Origin: Candidatus Njordarchaeota archaeon
Lineage (GTDB): Archaea > Asgardarchaeota > Njordarchaeia > Njordarchaeales > Panguiarchaeaceae
DNA length: 63,074 nt
Direction: 5' to 3'
Assembly: GCA_030587585.2 (NCBI GenBank)
Contig: JAUQYS020000333.1
Location: forward strand, 1 to 63,074
This document shows positions 43,739 through 53,340 of the stretch, piece by piece. The stretch's first letter is position 1. Every line of letters begins with the position of its first letter. Position numbers and translations under genes: made by a program. Below the pieces are notes generated by a model. That model searched no databases. It had not been told where the DNA came from and was given only the letters and a program-made list of their open reading frames with translations.

Positions 43739-45409
43739 TTATATTTTGATTCCGAGCCCAAGTTTCTTAGCTATTAAATCAACGATCTCGGAATCACCCG
43801 AATATTTTCTTGCAATAGACACATATTCACTAGTTAATTTCTGTCTTTCACCCCGATCTATAGTGACCCTCCGTATTGATTCCTCAAAGTGATTCATGCA
43901 TATCTGAATATTTCCGCTTGTTTCCATATCTTCTAGGGCCAAATCGAAAGCCATCTGGACCACAGCAGCTATATCTCCCCCATGATAATACTCAGTTCTT
44001 CTCGCCAATTCCTCAAAATCGACATCATCAGCAAGCGGCAATTTTCTTTTTACCATTGTGTGTACCCTAAATATTTCTTTTCTTGCTTCCTGGTCGGGAT
44101 ATAGTACTGGAATAATGGCGTCAAACCTTCCTCGTCTCAATAATGCTTGCTCAATTTGCTGTGGATAGTTGCATGTAGCTACGATAAGACTTCTTCTCTT
44201 CTCGTCCGCTAGCCAAGTGTTAAGCATACTAACAACTCTTATATCGACAATATGGCTTGACGCTCTCGTTCTTTGCGGAGCAAGACCTTCCAACTCATCG
44301 AATACCACGACTACTGGTGCTATTGCTTCTATCGCTCTTATTAATCTGCGTAGATTTCTCTCCGTCTCGCCTAACCATTTACTTCCGAACATCGAGAAAT
44401 CAATGAATATATATGGATATCCTAATTCGCCCGCTATCGCTTTACAAAAATGAGTTTTACCCGTACCCGGAGGACCAATAAACACAAATCCTCTCGGCAA
44501 TTCTACATTAAACTTCTTCAATAGATCCCTATATTTTAGCCTCAAAGTTTTTCGCTTAAAATATTCTTTTAGATAAGCATATCCACCAACATGACTAAAA
44601 TCATACTCTGGCATCTTCAGCTCCAGCCCATACGCTGAAGCAAATATATTCTTTCTTTCTCTCAGAATCGCATCATATAGAGATTTCTGAGTCTTCATAG
44701 AAGCTATAGCATTTAGAAAAACTCTGCGAAGCTGATAAGGCCAAAGACCTGAAGTAATATCTTTTAGGTATTCTATATCAATATTTTCCAATGCTTCTAC
44801 TTCGGCACCTATTTTTTGCATTGCTTCTTTCATTGTTTTTATCCAATTCATTATTAGGCTCTTTCTTTCTCGTTCTATTGCCATTGGTGCCTCTATTGTT
44901 GTCGTCATAGTTAGCAATTCCGGTTCAAAATATGCATATCTGTCGGGAGCAACAATAACAAGAAAATTCTTTTGCATTTTGATTACGTGAGAATATCTAT
45001 GCACGAAAAGAAGAAAATTTGTTGTTTTCTCCGGATTAACTAACGGTCTTTCCTTTACGGCTGGGAGAACACAAATAAACAATGTCTCTTTCATAGACTC
45101 CGTTAAGTTCTTTTCAAGCCACTCGAAAAGATCGGCAACTTCGTATAGATCGACAGTATAGGGAACTAATCGTATTGAACCATCCGTAGAATCTCGCCGA
45201 AAGATTTTCTGCGTATCAAGAAAAACAACTAAAACCTGTTTAAATACTATCTCTTTAGAGCTGGAAAGCAATTCTGGCAATACTGTGAGTATTTGTAGAT
45301 ATCGCAAAGGATCAAAACACTCAATTAGCGCAACTGACGATGAATACATAGCATGCGCCACAGGAACGAGATACTTTATAGATAGCTGATTAAGATCTGA
45401 ATGCAGCAT
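43739..45409 (-). CDS. classical AAA+ ATPase (Cdc48/FtsH/Vps4-type single AAA module) with novel N-terminal domain, 556 aa
   Basis: Walker A GPPGTGKT, Walker B VVVFDELE, second region of homology ATCNYPQQIEQALLRRGRFD. Confidence 0.9.
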   Translation of the reverse strand: MLHSDLNQLSIKYLVPVAHAMYSSSVALIECFDPLRYLQILTVLPELLSSSKEIVFKQVLVVFLDTQKIFRRDSTDGSIRLVPYTVDLYEVADLFEWLEKNLTESMKETLFICVLPAVKERPLVNPEKTTNFLLFVHRYSHVIKMQKNFLVIVAPDRYAYFEPELLTMTTTIEAPMAIERERKSLIMNWIKTMKEAMQKIGAEVEALENIDIEYLKDITSGLWPYQLRRVFLNAIASMKTQKSLYDAILRERKNIFASAYGLELKMPEYDFSHVGGYAYLKEYFKRKTLRLKYRDLLKKFNVELPRGFVFIGPPGTGKTHFCKAIAGELGYPYIFIDFSMFGSKWLGETERNLRRLIRAIEAIAPVVVVFDELEGLAPQRTRASSHIVDIRVVSMLNTWLADEKRRSLIVATCNYPQQIEQALLRRGRFDAIIPVLYPDQEARKEIFRVHTMVKRKLPLADDVDFEELARRTEYYHGGDIAAVVQMAFDLALEDMETSGNIQICMNHFEESIRRVTIDRGERQKLTSEYVSIARKYSGDSEIVDLIAKKLGLGIKI

Positions 45410-45451
45410 CTGATTTCACCACTAATTAACTGAAAAAAAGATTTTTTAGAA

Positions 45452-46315
45452 TTATTCCAAAGGAAACACAAAGGCCGATAATATTATTCCGTCAGCGTTG
45501 TGGTCAAATTCGAACATATTTTCTCGAAGATAATTCATGTGAAGATACTTTGACTGACAAAACACTTTATATATAGCATCGAAGAGAAACATATTGTACC
45601 GCAACGAGTTATTCTCATCCTCGACAGATATATTATCTGGCCTGAACATTGCTCGGTATTTTAGGTCTGAGTCCGAATCGCTATTGATATATAGATCCAC
45701 AAAAACTCTTTTCTTCTCCTCACTAGGATTAAAAGCAAGAAGTGCTGTTTGATACGCCTCATCAGGAATCAGGTCTTCTAATGCCTTATCAAGAATCTTC
45801 TTGAGAATATTTTTATCAGACATTATCACGCATTGTGCCTCGGCATCATAGGTATAATAATCAATCTCATCAATATAGCTAAGTGCACTGATTATATTAA
45901 GCTCTGGAATCTCAGGTAATGCGTCTATCTTGATTTTTCCTTTTTCTCCAAATATTATTATTTTGCCATAAATTGCTCGTCCATCGGCAGAATCTTCAAC
46001 AAGTTCGCCGACAAATTTCAGTGCTATGTGCTCGTTTTTCTTGAAGAATCGCATAAATCTGACAACATCATGCCACTGGACAAATGTATGCCAATACTCT
46101 ACATCTTTAAGTCTATTCGCTATTCTCTGATCTGTCTTTAGGTTCGATAGATCTACTGCGAATAGTATCGATGGCGTATGTGTACCGATCAGCATAATCT
46201 TTTGCTCCGTAAAATGCAGATCTAACACTTCGTCGGGCTCTAGATTCGTAACATACCTCCCGATCTTGTCCAGACTCTGACGATACTCTAAATCAAACCT
46301 AAATAGAGTTTTCAT
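45452..46315 (-). CDS. divergent PCNA-like sliding clamp paralog (287 aa)
   Basis: PCNA-like pattern: HFTEQKIMLIGTHTPSILFAVDLS, WHDVVRFMRFFKKNEHIALKF, C-terminal ILSAFVFPLE; trimmed 12 nt. Confidence 0.45.
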   Translation of the reverse strand: MKTLFRFDLEYRQSLDKIGRYVTNLEPDEVLDLHFTEQKIMLIGTHTPSILFAVDLSNLKTDQRIANRLKDVEYWHTFVQWHDVVRFMRFFKKNEHIALKFVGELVEDSADGRAIYGKIIIFGEKGKIKIDALPEIPELNIISALSYIDEIDYYTYDAEAQCVIMSDKNILKKILDKALEDLIPDEAYQTALLAFNPSEEKKRVFVDLYINSDSDSDLKYRAMFRPDNISVEDENNSLRYNMFLFDAIYKVFCQSKYLHMNYLRENMFEFDHNADGIILSAFVFPLE

Positions 46316-46320
46316 TGCTT

Positions 46321-46342
46321 TCACCATAGATTAGCGAAAAAA
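46321..46342 (-). promoter_or_regulatory. intergenic cassette copy (TTTTTTCGCTAATCTATGGTGA)
   Basis: Upstream of ATG 46315. Confidence 0.65.
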
Positions 46343-46394
46343 TGAGAAAAAACTTAAAAAGAATTTTTATGCTTTATTTTTATGGGAAATAACA

Positions 46395-46631
46395 ATGTCT
46401 CGAAAAAAAATTGTGCGAAAAACAATAGCACTACCAAGAAAAATGGCTAAAGCACTAGAAGATCTCTTTGAATCTTATGACATGTCATTCTCAGAAGGAA
46501 TACGAATGATAATAGCCCGATTCATCTCAGACCTCATCGAAACAAACATCGAAAAAACACTAATAGAAGCAAAAACCCTTGGAAAAAAAATACAGGAAAC
46601 TATTTCACCATCGGCGCAACAACCTCTCTAA
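46395..46631 (+). CDS. ribbon-helix-helix protein on plus strand (78 aa)
   Basis: KTIALPRKMAKALEDLFESYDMSFSEGIRMIIARFI; converges on and overlaps the 3' end of 46600-47481. Confidence 0.6.
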   Translation: MSRKKIVRKTIALPRKMAKALEDLFESYDMSFSEGIRMIIARFISDLIETNIEKTLIEAKTLGKKIQETISPSAQQPL

Positions 46632-47481
46632 CCTCAATATTATCGCTGAAATTCTGAATCATCATCAACGGTGCATCTTGCCCGAACTGTATTTCAACAT
46701 CTATATTCTTCTTGACATAAACCATCTCGATAAACATCGCAAAATTTATTCTTGTTGATATTTTGTCTCCCTTTCCGCCACACTCAATTATGTGTTTGTC
46801 ATTGAGCTCATATATGATTTCTTCGCCTTCTTTTTGAAATGGCGGCTCAATTTTAAATCTCAGTATGGCGTCTTTTGGATGAAACTCTATTTCGATTACT
46901 GTTGCGTTTCTGTCCTTCGGCTTTACTATTTTTGCCATCTCCTTCACAAGTTTCTGAAGAATACCTTTGTCCAGTTTTACGGTTGCTTCTACGAATTTCT
47001 TAAACTTATCCATATTGAACGCTTCAGAAACAAGAGTTAGATTATACTTAAATCGTCTCGTTCCAAGATTTGGTTTTGTGACCTGAAGCAGAATCGAGCC
47101 CACAGATATTCCCACAGTTTTATCTTTGCCTTTTTCCGGTATACCGCCTATCCCAAATATCACTGTATCTTGTGGCTTTATCACACGCAGTAATTCTCTC
47201 ATATCATGCAACGATACTCCACAGAATACCTTGTGCACCCTTTTTCCAAATCCAAGAACCTTAATATCGAAGACATTGTCCATATCGAGATCCACAATAA
47301 ATATTCTTGTTCTACTTGGACTCAAAGCACTAATCCGCATCTTTTTGATATCCTCAAAATTATAGAGCTCTATTGCGGTTTCATCATATCTTTGACTCAT
47401 AAATGCCAAAGCTTCAAATAGCGCATTATCTCTCACAAGCGCCCGTATAAACTCAACTGCTTTTGGCTTTTTCTTTGCCAT
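46600..47481 (-). CDS. PCNA-like DNA sliding clamp (293 aa)
   Basis: MRISALSPSRTRIFIVDL, GVSLHDMRELLRVIKPQDTVIF, C-terminal FAMFIEMVYV..VEIQFGQDAPLMMIQ..EVREVVAPMV resembling PCNA ...fg.d.Pl.l....l.fllAPri. Confidence 0.6.
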   Translation of the reverse strand: MAKKKPKAVEFIRALVRDNALFEALAFMSQRYDETAIELYNFEDIKKMRISALSPSRTRIFIVDLDMDNVFDIKVLGFGKRVHKVFCGVSLHDMRELLRVIKPQDTVIFGIGGIPEKGKDKTVGISVGSILLQVTKPNLGTRRFKYNLTLVSEAFNMDKFKKFVEATVKLDKGILQKLVKEMAKIVKPKDRNATVIEIEFHPKDAILRFKIEPPFQKEGEEIIYELNDKHIIECGGKGDKISTRINFAMFIEMVYVKKNIDVEIQFGQDAPLMMIQNFSDNIEVREVVAPMVK

Positions 47482-47508
47482 CTTTTTTCACCATATATTA
47501 TCGAAAAT

Positions 47509-47814
47509 TTATGCTAAGTGTTTGCCCGACAACAGCAGCGTTATTACTGACGAAACAAGAGAAATATCGGGAATTTTTTCGGAAGGAACATTTACGGCAT
47601 GAAGCAAACGCAAAATGTCATATACTTTTGGAATCGAAGGAAATCTAACAAAAGAATACAGCCTAACAAGAATAATATTCTTTTCTTGCGGATTCATCAC
47701 ATAATCAATAGCATCCCTAACAACATCAACAAACTGCCGAATCTCACGTCTCAGTCTACCAACTTCCTTATTGATCTCACCCAATAGATTTGCATTATAT
47801 TCCTCAAAATCCAT
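47509..47814 (-). CDS. hypothetical protein (101 aa)
   Basis: ORF; cassette 47821-47843. Confidence 0.55.
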   Translation of the reverse strand: MDFEEYNANLLGEINKEVGRLRREIRQFVDVVRDAIDYVMNPQEKNIILVRLYSFVRFPSIPKVYDILRLLHAVNVPSEKIPDISLVSSVITLLLSGKHLA

Positions 47815-47861
47815 TTTCCTTCACCACTACTTAGCGAAAAAAATAGAATAATTCCAAAAAA

Positions 47862-48104
47862 TTATGCCTCGATACCAAGACCCCGATTCGCTTGATCGAT
47901 TAGAGCTTCAAGAGCTGCTAAAGCCTCATCCTCTCTGTCATATTCTCCAACGATCTCAAGTTCCCATGTTTCGTACCCCGTATCACTGAGAACAAAGTAC
48001 TTGCCCGCATATCTAAAAACAGCATAACGAAGAACATAGCCAAACCCAATATCATACCATCCCGAAATATTTTCACCATTGAGAAAAACCTCTTCAGGCC
48101 TCAT
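47862..48104 (-). CDS. hypothetical protein (80 aa)
   Basis: ORF; cassette 48111-48132. Confidence 0.55.
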   Translation of the reverse strand: MRPEEVFLNGENISGWYDIGFGYVLRYAVFRYAGKYFVLSDTGYETWELEIVGEYDREDEALAALEALIDQANRGLGIEA

Positions 48105-48145
48105 AGTTTTTCACCATATATTATCAAAAAAATCAGTGAAAAAAA

Positions 48146-48361
48146 TTATTTTTTACGCCAATAAACCACAAAGATCTGTCCTCGTTTTTTAGGAATAACT
48201 TTTATTGCTAGACCATAACCGTACCGCAACGCACTTTCAATCATTTGAATATCTTCTCGGTATAACTCGTTGGGGATATATACTCTACTTTTACCACTCC
48301 TGTGTGTATCCACGATTCTCCATATAACCTTTTGCAGATGCATTAGCCTAAAATTAGGCAT
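48146..48361 (-). CDS. hypothetical protein, paralog of 48910-49128 (71 aa)
   Basis: Trimmed to MPNFRLM; ALRYGYGLAIKVIPKKRGQ vs VLWHDHGIALKAVPTKKGG. Confidence 0.5.
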   Translation of the reverse strand: MPNFRLMHLQKVIWRIVDTHRSGKSRVYIPNELYREDIQMIESALRYGYGLAIKVIPKKRGQIFVVYWRKK

Positions 48362-48423
48362 TCTTTTCACCAATGTTAAGAAAAAAGTTGGAAATATTCC
48401 CAAAAATATTTTTTTGGAATTAT

Positions 48424-48723
48424 TCAAGAGAACAGTATTTTTTGGAATAATGCTAAAGATTGGAGCAGTTCTTGTTCACGCATTTTTGCTAAGACCCGCA
48501 TCTGGATTATGTGTTCCTTTATTTTCTGGATTATTCTCATAATTATTTCTTTTTCTTTCGGTTCAATAAGGCCATTCTCAACAAATATGTCTAATACTTC
48601 CTCACATTTTGAATCGAAATTCTCGGCCAAAACATCAATATTATACTGATTAGCGACCTTATCCACTACAAGAAAACCAATAACAATCAACATAAAATTC
48701 CTTCTCAAACCTGGCATATTCAT
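48424..48723 (-). CDS. hypothetical protein (99 aa)
   Basis: GGTGATG SD; cassette 48729-48751. Confidence 0.55.
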   Translation of the reverse strand: MNMPGLRRNFMLIVIGFLVVDKVANQYNIDVLAENFDSKCEEVLDIFVENGLIEPKEKEIIMRIIQKIKEHIIQMRVLAKMREQELLQSLALFQKILFS

Positions 48724-48828
48724 TTACATCACCATACATTGGTGAAAAAAATTATAGGGCGTGTAATATGAAGGCATAAAAGGTTTCTGGATGTTCTCTC
48801 TTTTGGTCTTAAAATTTATTTCAAACAT
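48724..48828 (-). CDS. small hypothetical protein (34 aa)
   Basis: ORF not in track; cassette 48834-48855 + ATG; TAAATG junction with next gene. Confidence 0.3.
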   Translation of the reverse strand: MFEINFKTKRENIQKPFMPSYYTPYNFFHQCMVM

Positions 48829-48909
48829 ACTTTTCACCAATATTAAGCAAAAAAATCACGCCATATACGCATCGAAAAAAAACGAAAAAAATAGAAAATT
48901 TTTATTTTT

Positions 48910-49128
48910 TCAGCAGCGAGGGTAGAGCTTCACACTCCACCCTCCCTTCTTTGTTGGGACCGCCTTTAAGGCGATCCCATGGTCGTGCCATAGTACGCTT
49001 TCAATGGCTTGAAGCGTCTCTCTAGAGAATTTCTTGAATATAAACTCCCTTTTTCCTCGCTGGTATTGCTGCAACATTAATTTAACTATGATTTTTATAC
49101 AATCGCTTTTATTTTTTTCTTTCACCAT
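48910..49128 (-). CDS. hypothetical protein (72 aa)
   Basis: ATG after GAGGTGAT; cassette 49131-49153. Confidence 0.5.
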   Translation of the reverse strand: MVKEKNKSDCIKIIVKLMLQQYQRGKREFIFKKFSRETLQAIESVLWHDHGIALKAVPTKKGGWSVKLYPRC

Positions 49129-49166
49129 TATCACCTCATGTTAGGTGAAAAAAGAAGAATGATTTT

Positions 49167-49643
49167 CTATTTTTTGTTGTGGTTTGGTTCTCTGACTATT
49201 TTTATCCAGAGTGTTGCTTTTGTGATTATCATTTTTTTGTCTTTGTGATCGATTTCTTTGTTGTTTGTTTCTGCGACTGTTTGTTTTATTTCGTTGATGA
49301 ATTCTTCTGGTGTTCTTTCTTTTGTTTCTAGGTCTATTCGTATTATTTTTTCGACTGTCCGTACTAGTTTTACTATGACTATGAGGCGTGGCCATTTTTT
49401 GTGGAGTTTTTTTGCTTCTTGGATCCATTCGTCCACAGAATCAAAACCGCTAATACTTAGATATTTTTCTCTGTTTTCCTGATTGTTTTTTACTACTTCC
49501 TGAACAACAGCATGAATATTAGAACGATGATAACGAGACTTAATTACAATTTTTTGGCCAGGATAATAATCGTAGTTCCTCATAGTAGCAACAACACCAT
49601 GCTCAATAAGCTGTTTATATGGTTTGAGACTGTCAAACCGCAT
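49167..49643 (-). CDS. hypothetical protein, possible ASCH/PUA-like N-terminus (158 aa)
   Basis: LKPYKQLIEHGVVATMRNYDYYPGQKIVIK loosely resembles ASCH; K/N-rich tail. Confidence 0.55.
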   Translation of the reverse strand: MRFDSLKPYKQLIEHGVVATMRNYDYYPGQKIVIKSRYHRSNIHAVVQEVVKNNQENREKYLSISGFDSVDEWIQEAKKLHKKWPRLIVIVKLVRTVEKIIRIDLETKERTPEEFINEIKQTVAETNNKEIDHKDKKMIITKATLWIKIVREPNHNKK

Positions 49644-49678
49644 CTGCAGTCACCAACAAAAACGAAAAAAATAGAAAA

Positions 49679-49924
49679 TTAATCATCCTTCAACTCATCA
49701 CCTAATTGCTTCTTTATTTCACTATATAATTCTTTTAGGTCTTCTTTGGTTAGCGGCTCAAAATTAAATACTCCTCCATCATAAGTATCGATACTAAGCA
49801 TAAATGTTCCATCCCGATTTTGCCAAAGACTTATCTCAAGATCCTTGCATTTCACAGTTGCAGAAAACTCAAAAGATAACTTAAGTATACGCTCAGATTT
49901 TTTCTCATTCTCTATATCGCTCAT
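49679..49924 (-). CDS. hypothetical protein (81 aa)
   Basis: Trimmed to MSDIENE after GGGTGGG. Confidence 0.55.
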   Translation of the reverse strand: MSDIENEKKSERILKLSFEFSATVKCKDLEISLWQNRDGTFMLSIDTYDGGVFNFEPLTKEDLKELYSEIKKQLGDELKDD

Positions 49925-49961
49925 TTTTTCCCACCCGCCTATCAAAAAAAGCCAAAAAAAA

Positions 49962-50642
49962 TTATATTTTTTCCCTTAGTATTTTTGGTATCACGACTGT
50001 GAATTTTTCTAGTTCCTTTATTAGTGTCTTAGTTTTTTCTAGTGGCGGCTCTGGTAATCTGACTTTTTTTGGCCTCGAGTTATAACCAATATATACTGCT
50101 TCTGGCTTGATTTGTTTTATCCAGTCCACAAGAATATCGAGATCAAAATCCATTATTGGTTCTATGGTAACTATCTTTTTCGGATATGGGGTCTCAAGAA
50201 AATATTTGAATCTGTCTGATGGTTTTGGTGCTTTGGATATTTTTTCGTAGCCAGTATCTCTATTTGTTTCTAATGTCGTCAATATATATGCGTTCGGAGG
50301 GAGCAAACCAACAATCTTATCGAAGACTCTTGGGTCCTTGCTCTGGAAATAGAACTTTTTGCTCTTCTTCGCATATATGTTATGCTGCTTTATTGCTGCA
50401 ATAACCCTAACAAGAAAATCAGTAGGACAAAAAGCTATGTCGCCATCACCACAAACAAAAATAATATCCGCAGACGGAATCCTCCGAAGCCGCTCAGGAT
50501 GAGTATGCGGAACATAATTATAGCACAACTCACAATTATTCTTAGCCCAACGTTTCAACTGCTGCTGAAAACTCGGACGACAATAAATACAGCCAAAACG
50601 ACAACCAACAAACGGATTCCAAGTCTTAGTCTCAGGATACAT
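49962..50642 (-). CDS. phage Gp37/Gp68 (DUF5131)-like, radical-SAM-related Cys-cluster protein (226 aa)
   Basis: TKTWNPFVGCRFGCIYC (CxxxCxxC after a WNP motif), typical N-terminus of this family. Confidence 0.65.
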   Translation of the reverse strand: MYPETKTWNPFVGCRFGCIYCRPSFQQQLKRWAKNNCELCYNYVPHTHPERLRRIPSADIIFVCGDGDIAFCPTDFLVRVIAAIKQHNIYAKKSKKFYFQSKDPRVFDKIVGLLPPNAYILTTLETNRDTGYEKISKAPKPSDRFKYFLETPYPKKIVTIEPIMDFDLDILVDWIKQIKPEAVYIGYNSRPKKVRLPEPPLEKTKTLIKELEKFTVVIPKILREKI

Positions 50643-50691
50643 ATTAGTCAAACTCCTCACCACTGAAAAAAGAAAAAAAGAGTCATTTAAA

Positions 50692-50844
50692 TTAATCGGT
50701 TGCTTGTCTACTTCTGCTTTTTATTTCTTCTTTCGTTATTATTATTTCGAGATTGTCTTTTTCTGCAATTTCTTCTATTGGCTTAATCTCGATCTTAGAT
50801 GCTTTTGGCTTCTGCTTTTGGATCTGAACCTGAACTTGCCTCAT
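50692..50844 (-). CDS. small K/Q/E-rich protein (50 aa)
   Basis: ORF not in track; ATG 6 nt after GGTGAGG; cassette embedded in the end of the upstream gene. Confidence 0.35.
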   Translation of the reverse strand: MRQVQVQIQKQKPKASKIEIKPIEEIAEKDNLEIIITKEEIKSRSRQATD

Positions 50845-50850
50845 AGGGCC

Positions 50851-52536
50851 TCACCATATATTACCAAGAAATTGTTTAGTTTGTTTTGGGTGAAGTCCTT
50901 GTGCTCTATGCGTGTCGAGAAGCCATATTCGACATAACGATACTCCTGGAACATGCAGAGATCTTGTTCTATGCTCATTATGACTAAAAACAATGTCTTG
51001 ATCACGCAACACAATAAAATAGATACCATGCTGGCGTTCATACATGCTGGAAAGACGAAACATTTGCCAGATGTCAAAATCATCAATAGTAACAGAATTA
51101 CGATCATTATGCATTATTTTGAGAAACGTCTCAAGATCAATTGGGGAGTTGCTCGTAGGATCTAGATAGGCGTAACCGATATTGAGATAATCAACAGTGT
51201 ATCTCATAGCTTTTTCATCGCTGGGTTTGGGCAATTGAATACCGACGGTTCTTAGAACCTCTGATATCTTTTCTCCCGTCCATGTTTCCGCCAAACTGGA
51301 CAAATGCCAATCCAAAAACATATTATTTTTATCTGGAAACAAAGCTTGTTCATTTCGTGCCGTCAAATTTGCTGGTATTCCGATATAAGACACATAGTGG
51401 TCCCCTATCGTAACTTCGATTCGTTGTTCTATATTGATTAATTTTTTCCATAGGTTATTACCAGAATCCGACGACACATTTCGGAGTTTCCTATTTTTCC
51501 GTAAAACTATTTTAGCTATATTGCAGAACAGATCCATAACATCTCCTAAATAATATCTCACTCTATGACACTCTTCTGTGCCAAGATAATTACATGCAAC
51601 AAATAGATTTTTGATACGATGCCGCATTAAAATCTGCCAAAAATCTTTAAGCCCAAAAATTATGCTACGTGCTCCTTTGGGGTTATAGCTTTCTTCCTTC
51701 ATTCCCAAAAAGGCAGACACAAACTCTTCGAAAGAGACCTCATCTCTAAGACCTACATACCTATATAGGTCCTTTATTCGCTTCCGAAAATTCTTTCTTG
51801 CAAAGTATGCTTTCCTAAACAGCCATACTCCCCGATAAACCGCAAACTTGGGGGCATAAGCCGCAAAGTAGAAAGCACCAAGAAAATTCGCAATTATATG
51901 AATCAAATAGTCATAATATTTGCTGAGTACACGTTGATAAAACTGATCTAAACTTATCGTATCCACAAGCGTAAATATTATGTCGCCTTGCACTCTGATA
52001 TTCTTGTGGAACGGTATTTTCCCATCGATCTGGTACCAATGCATATCGAAACCCATCCAGTTTTTAATGTGCCAATACGTTATTGGCCAGTCTTCCTTCC
52101 AAATTCTGAAGTCAAGCCGCCAAGGAATTCTATGGCAGAAAAATCGATACTCGTCATCCAACCCAACAACAAAGAAGACGTTATAAAAGTTTGCTACTTT
52201 TTGTTCCAAATACCATTCACCGTTCTCCCCCCTAACTCTCGTATAATACGCAAAGCGTGCATATTCGGGGGGAACAAAATATACGGCCTTAAGCACTATA
52301 TATCTCTCATCTATTTTTTCTTGCTTCATGATATCGTCAGTTTTTGGCGAAAGAAACCATGCCTTTGTATATCTGGATGTTGGTCTCGCCTGCCTAAAAG
52401 TATTTCTGTGATTCTCAGCCGCAAACATATCAAAAAGCCTAAAACACAGCCTATTTCTGTTCTTGATGAGATTATATAATTCTTCTATGCGCTCTTCGGG
52501 AGATAAAAACCTATATTGCTCCAATTCTTTTTGCAT
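50851..52536 (-). CDS. hypothetical protein (561 aa)
   Basis: Long ORF trimmed 12 nt; cassette 52542-52565. Confidence 0.65.
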   Translation of the reverse strand: MQKELEQYRFLSPEERIEELYNLIKNRNRLCFRLFDMFAAENHRNTFRQARPTSRYTKAWFLSPKTDDIMKQEKIDERYIVLKAVYFVPPEYARFAYYTRVRGENGEWYLEQKVANFYNVFFVVGLDDEYRFFCHRIPWRLDFRIWKEDWPITYWHIKNWMGFDMHWYQIDGKIPFHKNIRVQGDIIFTLVDTISLDQFYQRVLSKYYDYLIHIIANFLGAFYFAAYAPKFAVYRGVWLFRKAYFARKNFRKRIKDLYRYVGLRDEVSFEEFVSAFLGMKEESYNPKGARSIIFGLKDFWQILMRHRIKNLFVACNYLGTEECHRVRYYLGDVMDLFCNIAKIVLRKNRKLRNVSSDSGNNLWKKLINIEQRIEVTIGDHYVSYIGIPANLTARNEQALFPDKNNMFLDWHLSSLAETWTGEKISEVLRTVGIQLPKPSDEKAMRYTVDYLNIGYAYLDPTSNSPIDLETFLKIMHNDRNSVTIDDFDIWQMFRLSSMYERQHGIYFIVLRDQDIVFSHNEHRTRSLHVPGVSLCRIWLLDTHRAQGLHPKQTKQFLGNIW

Positions 52537-52541
52537 CACTT

Positions 52542-52565
52542 TCACCACTACTTAACGAAAAAAAA
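52542..52565 (-). promoter_or_regulatory. intergenic cassette copy (TTTTTTTTCGTTAAGTAGTGGTGA)
   Basis: Upstream of ATG 52536. Confidence 0.65.
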
Positions 52566-52580
52566 TAGTCAGTCGCTCGC

Positions 52581-53006
52581 TTATGCATTTTTCTTTATCT
52601 CTGCGACGGACACGCCATAAGCTTCTAATTCTTTCTGGAAACACCTAAGATGCAAATCCAGAATAGAATACCAGCCCCACATAAAATATATGTTTGATAG
52701 ACATGCATCAACAGCATAGCGAGAATTAAGCTCTCTCTCAGAAATAATCCCGCTATCATACTTTATTCTCGTCCAAATCACCTTATCTCCTGCTTTGAAT
52801 CGAAAGAGAGTATATGCCCTAACGGACCAGCCTAAGCTATGCTTCTTCACAGCATAAACCTCCAACGCCATAATAATAGAATTCGAATTCTCTTCTTTCT
52901 CAACAAAACGCCAGACCAATGCTCCTTCTGGTTTCTCTCCAAGAACAACAACAGATTTATCTTCTTCAAGACGAGAAGGCTTAAACATATATTTGCCTTT
53001 AAACAT
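52581..53006 (-). CDS. hypothetical protein (141 aa)
   Basis: ORF; cassette 53014-53037. Confidence 0.6.
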   Translation of the reverse strand: MFKGKYMFKPSRLEEDKSVVVLGEKPEGALVWRFVEKEENSNSIIMALEVYAVKKHSLGWSVRAYTLFRFKAGDKVIWTRIKYDSGIISERELNSRYAVDACLSNIYFMWGWYSILDLHLRCFQKELEAYGVSVAEIKKNA

Positions 53007-53037
53007 AGGCTTTTCACCACCTCTTAACGAAAAAAAA

Positions 53038-53301
53038 TTATGATTGCAAAATTTTTCTTATTTTTCTGATCTCAACAAAAATCGCCACAAGCAGAGCTAG
53101 TAGTGGAATCACAATTATCAAAAAGACAAGAGAAGCAATAAATGGAGCAACAACAAGAAACTCATAGAAAGACTCAATGTTCCATGAAATCTTTATCGAC
53201 CCTGAAATCAGAATAAATATCAAGACTATAACTATAGCGACCAGAACCCGCTCAGCAATTGTTAGAATTCTTATTATTTTGGGATCCTCCATTTTTTCCA
53301 T
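53038..53301 (-). CDS. small membrane protein (87 aa, 2-3 TM)
   Basis: Trimmed 12 nt; hydrophobic. Confidence 0.55.
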   Translation of the reverse strand: MEKMEDPKIIRILTIAERVLVAIVIVLIFILISGSIKISWNIESFYEFLVVAPFIASLVFLIIVIPLLALLVAIFVEIRKIRKILQS

Positions 53302-53313
53302 TTTCACCACCAT

Positions 53314-53327
53314 TATGTAGGTACATA
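53314..53327. promoter_or_regulatory. 14-bp palindrome TATGTAGGTACATA
   Basis: Replaces the TAA box of the cassette, 13 nt upstream of ATG 53301. Confidence 0.6.
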
Positions 53328-53340
53328 TTTTTGTTTTTTG

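Noticed and set aside
50841-51107. 88-aa minus-strand ORF
   Set aside because: Alternative frame within the 3' end of the 561-aa gene. The small 50692-50844 ORF with an SD explains the spacer better.
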